Shown here in pieces: positions 49,399 to 56,202 of a stretch of 64,000 nt of DNA. The DNA lies in IMG/VR virus record IMGVR_UViG_3300050821_013430, positions 310,001-374,000 of that record; one strand, 5' to 3'. Below the pieces are notes generated by a model. It was given only the letters and a program-made list of their open reading frames with translations, was not told the origin of the DNA and did no database searches. Position 1 is the stretch's first letter. Each line of letters opens with the position of its first letter. A program made the position numbers and the translations under genes.

Positions 49399-49481
49399 TT
49401 GGAGATGATGGAATCGAACCATGCGACCTCCCTCTTTCGCATTGCTGCGACGAGGGTGCTCTGCCACTGAGCTAATCTCCA
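49399..49481 (-). tRNA. tRNA-like RNA with anticodon loop replaced by a GCAA-capped hairpin; no encoded CCA
   Basis: Acceptor TGGAGAT/ATCTCCA, D-arm GCTC-AGTGGCA-GAGC, AC stem CCCTC/GAGGG, variable AGGTC, T-loop TTCGATT. Confidence 0.8.
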
Positions 49482-49688
49482 AAGCGCCCCGTGTGCTCAT
49501 TGAGCATGATTGTCTCTCCTAAACCCACGGGGCCACGGGTCAAGAGGTTAGTCGAGGTTAGAGTGGCGACGCTCGACCTTCGTTCTTTCAGCCACCATAG
49601 CAACCGGCATTCTGCCGATGATAGCACCCATCTACTTATGGCCAAGGCCTCGCCAGCGGCTTTCATGGGTGCGGCGTCTTGTAGTCTC

Positions 49689-49889
49689 TCAATGGTACCT
49701 GCTGCATTGAGGACAACGATCTACATCCTTGCGGGCGGTTCTCCCCGAATCGATGAAGGATGTTCCTTCCATGAACCTGTTCTTGAATCGTGGCCCGTTA
49801 TTCGCATCTTGTGGACACCACCCACTCCTGCAAGAGTGTTCTCCTCTTCGGAAACTGCACAGATTGCAAACGGCATCGCGAGTGTTCAA
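49689..49889 (-). CDS. CxQCxxxH-tail protein (CxxC..GxH subgroup)
   Basis: TTG start; CNLC..RGEH...CPQCSRYH*. Confidence 0.7.
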   Translation of the reverse strand: MNTRDAVCNLCSFRRGEHSCRSGWCPQDANNGPRFKNRFMEGTSFIDSGRTARKDVDRCPQCSRYH

Positions 49890-50107
49890 TGATACCTCCC
49901 ACACTGAGGACATCTCGGTACGCCTATGGTAGCCTCAGTCTTACCGGAAGAGACGAAGGCGGTAATGGCATACCCAGATTCGGGGTAAGTGTCTTTGGCA
50001 GACGGGCACACGGTAGTGCCAGCGGTCTTGCTGCCATGAGAGTAGTGCTTGCCGCGAGCGAACAAGCAAACAGAGCAGACGGTATCGTAAGGACTATCGT
50101 CGATCAT
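49886..50107 (-). CDS. CxQCxxxH-tail protein (CxxC..GxH subgroup)
   Basis: CSVC..RGKH...CPQCGRYH*. Confidence 0.75.
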   Translation of the reverse strand: MIDDSPYDTVCSVCLFARGKHYSHGSKTAGTTVCPSAKDTYPESGYAITAFVSSGKTEATIGVPRCPQCGRYH

Positions 50108-50343
50108 GGGTGCAGGTTTCCGCACTGCGGACAGTTTGGATCGGTCTCGAAAAAGCGACCTCGCGATCCATCAGCGAGCACTTCCCTAACTTCACACCTT
50201 GGATGCGGCGTGATCTCCTTCACCCACTTCGCTGCTTCTTGGTAGGTAAGTCGTCTTACACTCCCAGGGCCCTGGCCGTAGTTAGTCCAACGCTCAGGCC
50301 CGTTTGCGGGATAGCACCAGACATTGAAGACGATGCTACTCAT
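50104..50343 (-). CDS. CxQCxxxH-tail protein, family C
   Basis: VFNVW...RWT...REVLADG..G.FF...CPQCGNLHP*. Confidence 0.8.
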   Translation of the reverse strand: MSSIVFNVWCYPANGPERWTNYGQGPGSVRRLTYQEAAKWVKEITPHPRCEVREVLADGSRGRFFETDPNCPQCGNLHP

Positions 50344-50585
50344 GGGTGCAACTCTCCACATTGATGGCAAGTGGGGTTTTGCGTGAAGACGTTGCCTGGG
50401 CTGCCATCCGTAAGGACTTCCCTGATCACCGGATGACGATCATTGCTGATCGAAGCCATAAGTCTCGCTGCCTCAACATAGGTCAGTCGGTTTGGGTTTT
50501 CAGGATCGTTGCCACCAGCGATAGTCCAACGAGAGACTGAGGTATCGTTCTTCTTCGGGGTTTGCAACCAGACATTGAATCGCAT
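50340..50585 (-). CDS. CxQCxxxH-tail protein, family C
   Basis: MRFNVW...RWT...REVLTDGSPG...CHQCGELHP*. Confidence 0.8.
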   Translation of the reverse strand: MRFNVWLQTPKKNDTSVSRWTIAGGNDPENPNRLTYVEAARLMASISNDRHPVIREVLTDGSPGNVFTQNPTCHQCGELHP

Positions 50586-50614
50586 GTGTATCTCCTAAGA
50601 TGGGAAAGGGATTC

Positions 50615-50691
50615 CAGAGAGACCAACGGACTAATTGAGAGCGTGTCGCGGGGGAGCGGAGACACACCCTCATACACCGTCAGTCTCTCTG
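50615..50691 (-). ncRNA. Stem-closed structured element upstream of family C gene
   Basis: cagagagac/gtctctctg closing stem with inner acgg/ccgt and gtgtc/gacac stems. Confidence 0.4.
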
Positions 50692-50846
50692 AAAACTGGG
50701 GTCAGCCTGCATAGGTCGTGAGATCGCTACACGTCTCTTGCAGGTCGATCATATCGGCCTCTCGTTCCGTTGAGCCTATCTCAGTACGGGCCTCGATCAT
50801 CTCCTTGACCCGACGAATGGCATCGGTGATGATCTTGATCTCCTGC

Positions 50847-51104
50847 TCAGTGAGCATCGGTAGAGATCGGCTCGTAAGCGATCGACTCGGCGTTGATGAC
50901 TCCTTCCGGAATCAGTCCTTCGATCTCTTCGAGGTACTTGGCACCCTCTGCCTCGGCGAGAGCCAACAACTCTTCCATGTCCTCTTTCCATTCGGGCATA
51001 CCCTTAGGGAAACGAGCATCGAGGCCTCGCAGGATGGCGATGGCGCTCTTGGCCGCAGTTTCAATCAGGGTCTTGGTCTGTTCGCGTTCAGTCGTTGTAA
51101 GCAT
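50847..51104 (-). CDS. Hypothetical protein
   Basis: AAGGA SD. Confidence 0.5.
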   Translation of the reverse strand: MLTTTEREQTKTLIETAAKSAIAILRGLDARFPKGMPEWKEDMEELLALAEAEGAKYLEEIEGLIPEGVINAESIAYEPISTDAH

Positions 51105-51122
51105 CGTTAGTGTCCTTTCAGG

Positions 51123-51740
51123 TTATGGGTTAGAGGTATTGTCTGCTTCATCGGCCAGGAGTTTGGCCTCGTCGAGGAGAAGGATAACCAGATCGTACAG
51201 ACCGTTGTATCTCTCACCCGAGTTTGCGGGAGTTCGTGCCCTGATTGAATCGCGGGCACGGAGAATGCCGAGTTGTGCCTGCGTTCTCTCTTCGTCGGTG
51301 AGAGTGTCTTGCTCGTCCGGACAGGCACTATCTTGTTGAGAGTATGGAGGCAACATCCCTTCCAAGAGTTTGACCAACTGCTCCATGTATCCCTGGCTCG
51401 ACTCTTCCAGCAACTCGAACCAAGAGAAGATGGCAAGCCTTCGCTGCTCTTCGTTGGAATTGCGGTCGATGATGCTTTTCAGCGTGAAAAGCAAGCCTTC
51501 CCCGACAGCCGCGATGCTCATCTTGGTCATCAGTCTTTCCGACCAAGTAAGTGGAGAACTCTGAGCCTCCACTTGCTGCTCGGCCTCAATCAGGTCGAGC
51601 AACTTTTGGAAGCGCTCGTTGCAATACTGTCCAATCTCGCACAAGGCTTCTTGCCTCTGCTGGGGAGGACGGGACTTGAGACTCGCGTAAAGCGAATCAA
51701 CGCAAGTGTCAATGGTCTTCTTCTCGTGCTCGGTAATCAT
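51123..51740 (-). CDS. Hypothetical helical protein
   Basis: AGGAG SD. Confidence 0.55.
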   Translation of the reverse strand: MITEHEKKTIDTCVDSLYASLKSRPPQQRQEALCEIGQYCNERFQKLLDLIEAEQQVEAQSSPLTWSERLMTKMSIAAVGEGLLFTLKSIIDRNSNEEQRRLAIFSWFELLEESSQGYMEQLVKLLEGMLPPYSQQDSACPDEQDTLTDEERTQAQLGILRARDSIRARTPANSGERYNGLYDLVILLLDEAKLLADEADNTSNP

Positions 51741-51920
51741 GGTAGTCTCCTTATGGCTTCATTACACAGTGGTAGAGATGGGCAGACGGGAGACACCCAT
51801 CCGGCCCCGACATGCAGTCGTAGGTATGAGCCATGGTCTTCCCATTACCATCCGCCCAAAAGCAGACAGCGCTGAGAAGGAGGTAGAAGTAGAGGCCATA
51901 CTTGACCACTTGACGATCGT

Positions 51921-52283
51921 TCATGACGGTTGCTCCTCTGAAACGGTTTCGACTATTGCTGCCGTTGCCTCATCACCCAATACCACGGGCGCTTCGACAA
52001 CCTTCTCCTTGATGCGGAGGTCTTTCATCAACTTGGCGTGGTCTTCGGCATTGGGCATGACAGGGCAACCCATACGAAACCACGCTTTCCTTCTCGTGTG
52101 ATAGTTCGGATGATTGACCGTCTCATCCGGCTTCTTTGGATTGAAGATGGCCAACGGGTTGCTCATGTCGAGGAATCGTTCGGGGGGCAGGGCCCCGGAA
52201 GCGATGGCTCGCTCCGCTTGCATGCGCGTGTACTGACGAGCGGGTTTGACTTTGACGCGGTTCTTCTTCTTGCTTTCGGACAT
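51921..52283 (-). CDS. Hypothetical protein
   Basis: GGAGG SD. Confidence 0.6.
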   Translation of the reverse strand: MSESKKKNRVKVKPARQYTRMQAERAIASGALPPERFLDMSNPLAIFNPKKPDETVNHPNYHTRRKAWFRMGCPVMPNAEDHAKLMKDLRIKEKVVEAPVVLGDEATAAIVETVSEEQPS

Positions 52284-52318
52284 GGCTTCCTCCTGGCCTT
52301 AGCCAATTGGGTTTGGAA

Positions 52319-52564
52319 TTACGGATGTATCTGACCACACTGAGGGCAACAACCCGGATCTTGTTCGTAGACTTGTCCGCAGGTATTGTCGGGTAGCAGT
52401 TCTCGAATGCTGAGTTCGTGCTGTTTCCATCCAGCACGACGGAGAGACGCCATCAATATCTCGGCTTCCTGATAGGACTTTGGAATAGGGGTTTCTTGGG
52501 ACTGACCACTATTAGTCCATCGATTGGCTTCGGGGATTGATACCCAGACATTGAAAACCATCAA
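52319..52564 (-). CDS. CxQCxxxH-tail protein, family C
   Basis: VFNVW...RWT...RELLPD...QDP.CCPQCGQIHP*. Confidence 0.8.
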   Translation of the reverse strand: MMVFNVWVSIPEANRWTNSGQSQETPIPKSYQEAEILMASLRRAGWKQHELSIRELLPDNTCGQVYEQDPGCCPQCGQIHP

Positions 52565-52794
52565 TGCACCTCACCACATTGAGGACAATAATCGGGGTCT
52601 TGGTCGTAGAAGGCGCCGGGAGATCCATCGGGAAGCACTTCTCGAATGCGAGGTTTCAACTCAACAAGGATGCCTCCTAACTTCCCCTTGACTTCTTTCC
52701 AGGTGAAGGGTTTTGGCGAGTTGGCAAACTGGCAACCAGAAGCAATCGTCCAGCGTTCCTTGCTACCATCGATGACCCAGATATTGAAGCGCAT
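52561..52794 (-). CDS. CxQCxxxH-tail protein, family C
   Basis: MRFNIW...RWT...REVLPDGSPG.FYDQDPDYCPQCGEVH*. Confidence 0.8.
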   Translation of the reverse strand: MRFNIWVIDGSKERWTIASGCQFANSPKPFTWKEVKGKLGGILVELKPRIREVLPDGSPGAFYDQDPDYCPQCGEVH

Positions 52795-52814
52795 AGATGA
52801 CCTCGTTGATTGAA

Positions 52815-52911
52815 GAGTGTCGTGCTGTGGCTACTTCGCTCGGTTTCGGGCATGAAACCGCTAGTCCTACTCCATCCATGACGATGCGGCCTGGCAGCAA
52901 ACACGACACTC
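52815..52911 (-). ncRNA. Stem-closed structured element upstream of family C gene
   Basis: gagtgtcgtg/cacgacactc 10 bp; inner cggtttc/gaaaccg hairpin. Confidence 0.45.
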
Positions 52912-52913
52912 AG

Positions 52914-53019
52914 TGGAATCCCCTTGAATCGAACAAGGACTCTAACCTCCTACTTGCCCCTTTTACACCGCGGAGGGACTTTCGGGAATCGATTAGAGAG
53001 GCTGTACCATCCTGATCCC
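52914..53019 (-). ncRNA. tRNA-like RNA resembling the tRNA-like domain of tmRNA (G3:U70, A73)
   Basis: GGGATC/GATTCC acceptor plus A; T-arm CCTTG-TTCGATT-CAAGG; 8-bp CTCTAATC/GGTTAGAG stem enclosing a 43-nt insert. Confidence 0.55.
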
Positions 53020-53241
53020 GTAAGCCCCCACCGTTGTTTTACGGGCTGAGGGGGCGATAGGCCCGGATGCACCGTTGCCAGTGCATGCAGCCTTCGTTGC
53101 CTTTACAGGCAAGCCCGGCTATCGGCCCGCGCCGGTATTTACATACCATGCGGAGAGGGCCAGTGCCATTGGATTGAAGTCATCTCACCAATGGCTTGCA
53201 ACATCTTTACTGCGGGGAGTTGCCAGACCCCTATTCCAGAA

Positions 53242-53667
53242 TCAGACCGCTTCCGCAGTCTTGCTCGACTTCTTCTCGACCGGCATATCCTCGCCATGCT
53301 CCATGTAATAGGCGAGGCTTTCTTCGTTGCGAATCGTGCAACCGCCTTTTCCACGACTAATGCGGAAGCGCGGATTGCTGCGCATACGCTCGACCACGCG
53401 ACGCTCGATCTCCTGAATCGTATCCGCCGAGGTCTCGATCTCCTTCATGGCAAGACCACGCCACACGGGAACCGTATAGCCCTTGTCATGATTCGCATCG
53501 GCGAGCTGATTCAGCACCTCGTCGATTCGCTCATCATTGGCAGCCTGCAACTCCAACCACGAATCGAGTTGCGACTCAAACTTGGCGATCGTCGCATTGC
53601 GATCAATCTCCTTAGTCTGATCATCACGCTCAAAATTGCTCACATCAAACGAAAACGTTGCGCTCAT
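53242..53667 (-). CDS. Hypothetical protein
   Basis: AGGA SD; basic C-terminal RISRGKGG hairpin. Confidence 0.6.
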   Translation of the reverse strand: MSATFSFDVSNFERDDQTKEIDRNATIAKFESQLDSWLELQAANDERIDEVLNQLADANHDKGYTVPVWRGLAMKEIETSADTIQEIERRVVERMRSNPRFRISRGKGGCTIRNEESLAYYMEHGEDMPVEKKSSKTAEAV

Positions 53668-53768
53668 GTTCCTATCCTGCTTTCTCTGTCTTGTTGTTGC
53701 CGTATCCTTGGGCCACGCATAATCACACCATGCGATCAGTTTGGCTTGCCAGCGAACGAGAGCGAACC

Positions 53769-54092
53769 TTAGCGTTCGTAATCTCGATCGCGTCGTCTGT
53801 CCTCATACCTTTCACGAGGAGGGGCTGCGGTCTTATTCACATCCTCCTCAGCAATGGGAGCGAAGCCAATCTTGGGCGTCGCAACCCAACGATTGGATCG
53901 TACGGTAGGAGACGGGGTGGAGCCAACGAAGAGGCTGATAGGAATCTCCGTCAGACCCACATAAGAGAGACCCTTCTGTCCCTCCTTATAGAAGACCTTA
54001 CACACCAAGCAGTTCTTGTTGACCGTCGAGTTTCTGACGGGCTTGACAAAACGATCCTGATCGATCTCATCGCGGAATAACTGGTTGAGCAT
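53769..54092 (-). CDS. Hypothetical protein with CxxC
   Basis: TAATG overlap. Confidence 0.5.
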   Translation of the reverse strand: MLNQLFRDEIDQDRFVKPVRNSTVNKNCLVCKVFYKEGQKGLSYVGLTEIPISLFVGSTPSPTVRSNRWVATPKIGFAPIAEEDVNKTAAPPRERYEDRRRDRDYER

Positions 54093-54499
54093 TACCGCTT
54101 CTCCTTCTTCTTGGTCTTCTTCTTGTCGCTCTTCTTCTCGGTTTTCTTGGCAGCCTTCTTCGCAGCCTTGGCTTCCTTCTTGGCCTGCTTTGCTATGCGC
54201 GCTTCCGCCTCTTCCAATGCCACCCTATCGGCATCTTCCTTGGCCCGTCTGCGAATCTCGACTTCCAATTCATCCGCCAATTTGAGCGCTTCCCCTGCGA
54301 GGTCTCGCAAGTGATCGGCATACAACTCACGGCTCAATGCAACGGAAGCCTCGCCGTTGTTGTAGTCAACGAGGAAGGACTCGGTAGAAAGAGTGATCTC
54401 CGCATGGTCGGTGCCAAACTGATTCCGAGTCTTGCGAAGTACCATGAGGGTATTACCCCAGCCGGGAGTGAATCGGATCTCATCGAGTTCGTTCGTCAT
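54092..54499 (-). CDS. Hypothetical protein with Lys/Ala-rich tail
   Basis: AGGA SD before MTNELD. Confidence 0.55.
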   Translation of the reverse strand: MTNELDEIRFTPGWGNTLMVLRKTRNQFGTDHAEITLSTESFLVDYNNGEASVALSRELYADHLRDLAGEALKLADELEVEIRRRAKEDADRVALEEAEARIAKQAKKEAKAAKKAAKKTEKKSDKKKTKKKEKR

Positions 54500-54792
54500 T
54501 GGAGTGTTCCTTGATGTAGTTGACCACATTGCGGGCAACATTGGAGGGCTTGTTGCCATTGCTGTCCGCGACAACAATCGGTAAAGGTATAGCCATCTTG
54601 TTCGAAGAGAGTCGTATCGGCACTACCCAACAGAGACTGAATAGCCGAATGCTTGCCACAGTCCGCGCACAAGAAGAAGAAGGGGGTCGATAGATGACCG
54701 GCATTGTTCTCATCCACCATCAGAGACTTGGAACATCCGACGCAGGGCTCTTGGTAGAGCGGCGTACCATACTTGGCTGATCGTGCAGTCAT
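54496..54792 (-). CDS. CxQCxxxH-tail protein, family B
   Basis: CVGC...CADC...CCPQCGQLHQGTLQ*. Confidence 0.7.
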   Translation of the reverse strand: MTARSAKYGTPLYQEPCVGCSKSLMVDENNAGHLSTPFFFLCADCGKHSAIQSLLGSADTTLFEQDGYTFTDCCRGQQWQQALQCCPQCGQLHQGTLQ

Positions 54793-55161
54793 GAGAAGAC
54801 CTTCTTTGCTGCCATCCAGGCTTGCTTGAATGCCATCAGAACAATGACCAAGATACCGAGGGGCCAGCCGAAGGTAAAGAGGGGCCATCGTTCAATGGGG
54901 ACACTCAATGTTCCCCATGCTATGAAACCAACGGCTGCCCCCACCACATAAGTGGTGCAGAGTCCTGCGATGGTGTCGTGGCTCATAGGAAGACCTTCTT
55001 GAAAAACGCTACGATGATCCCCCAGATGGTAAGAGCATATGCCTTGATGATGAGCCACGCCATTTTGATCTTGTCCATTGGGCTAATCCTTTTCTTTTGA
55101 GGGCTGCGGAATTTGGCTCGTTCCTGAGTCAAACCGGAAAGGCCGGGATATAGAAACCAGC

Positions 55162-56202
55162 ATGAGAAAACGAAGCGTGGAAGAACGATTCTGGGAAAAG
55201 GTGCTGAAAACTGAGGAGGGGTGCTGGCTATGGACTGCCGGTAAGTTTCCGTCAGGGTATGGGGCCTTCGCCATATCACACCGAAAAACGGTGAAAGCGT
55301 CCCGTTATTCCTACGAACTACATCACGGCCCATTCCAAAAAGACCTCTTCGTTCTCCATACTTGCGATCAGCCTTCTTGCGTCAACCCATCCCATTTGTT
55401 CTTGGGTACTCATCAAGACAACATGGATGACCGTACCGCTAAGGACAGGAACCACAAGAATCGTCCTAATCCACCACCGATACTAATCACCCTACCAACT
55501 CGTAGGCCAACTCTCGAAGAGAACTTTTGGAGTATGGTAGAAAAGACAGATGGTTGCTGGGTTTGGAAGGGTCAGGTCAGACATGAAAGTGGAAAGGTAA
55601 GAGGGTGTTTCTACATCGGGAGAGAGGTTGGGGTACTTCCTCAACGGTTCTCATATGAACTACATGCCGGAATTACCGTTGATCCGAACAAGGATCAAAT
55701 CATCCAATCGTGCGGCGAACGACTATGCGTCAATCCAGATCACTTGTCTCTTCGTAAGCGCTACATGGACAAGGACGAAAGGTTTTGGTCTAAGGTGGAT
55801 AAGACAGGAGAGTGTTGGGTATGGACTGGCTACAAGCCAGAAGGCTATGGCCGCTTCTCGTATTGCGAAAACGCAGTAAGAACAAACATACCGGCTCATC
55901 GATATTCTTGGGAACTACACAGCGGCAAAATACCGGAAGGTATGTTCGTTTGTCATCAGTGCGATAATCCACCATGCATCAGACCTGAACACCTTTTCTT
56001 AGGTAGCAACATCGACAACATAGTCGACAGCATCGAGAAGAAGAGGCACAGTTTCGCGAAACTCACTATTGACCAGGTGAAACTAATACGCTCACCTGAA
56101 TTAGCAACTCATAGCAGCCAGGAACTCGCAACCATGTTTGGTGTTTCTTCATACACCATTAGCAAGGTTCTGGATAGAACAACTTGGGCTCATCTACCAT
56201 GA
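55162..56202 (+). CDS. Homing endonuclease with three HNH repeats
   Basis: Three FW.(K/M)V.K...CW.W units; second lacks the conserved His; HTH tail. Confidence 0.9.
   Translation: MRKRSVEERFWEKVLKTEEGCWLWTAGKFPSGYGAFAISHRKTVKASRYSYELHHGPFQKDLFVLHTCDQPSCVNPSHLFLGTHQDNMDDRTAKDRNHKNRPNPPPILITLPTRRPTLEENFWSMVEKTDGCWVWKGQVRHESGKVRGCFYIGREVGVLPQRFSYELHAGITVDPNKDQIIQSCGERLCVNPDHLSLRKRYMDKDERFWSKVDKTGECWVWTGYKPEGYGRFSYCENAVRTNIPAHRYSWELHSGKIPEGMFVCHQCDNPPCIRPEHLFLGSNIDNIVDSIEKKRHSFAKLTIDQVKLIRSPELATHSSQELATMFGVSSYTISKVLDRTTWAHLP

Noticed and set aside
49399-49481. Functional tRNA-Ala(CGC) with a 10-nt intron
   Set aside because: It has G3-C70 rather than G3:U70, and the insert is too short with no splicing motif.
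11584-50370. Recurring N-terminal 'MPSMWRV/MSSMWK/MPSVWQ' extensions in the ORF track
   Set aside because: Out-of-frame reading of the upstream gene's tail codons (CAATG); real starts are the ATGA/TGATG-coupled ATGs.
3232-54792. Tail DNA as a CRISPR repeat, integron attC site or DGR repeat
   Set aside because: Variation is at wobble positions, spacing is irregular, and there are no RYYYAAC/GTTRRRY boxes and no cas, integrase or reverse transcriptase in the window.
3232-54792. Tail as a heme c CxxCH motif
   Set aside because: The His is 4 residues after the second Cys, not adjacent, and there are no export signals.
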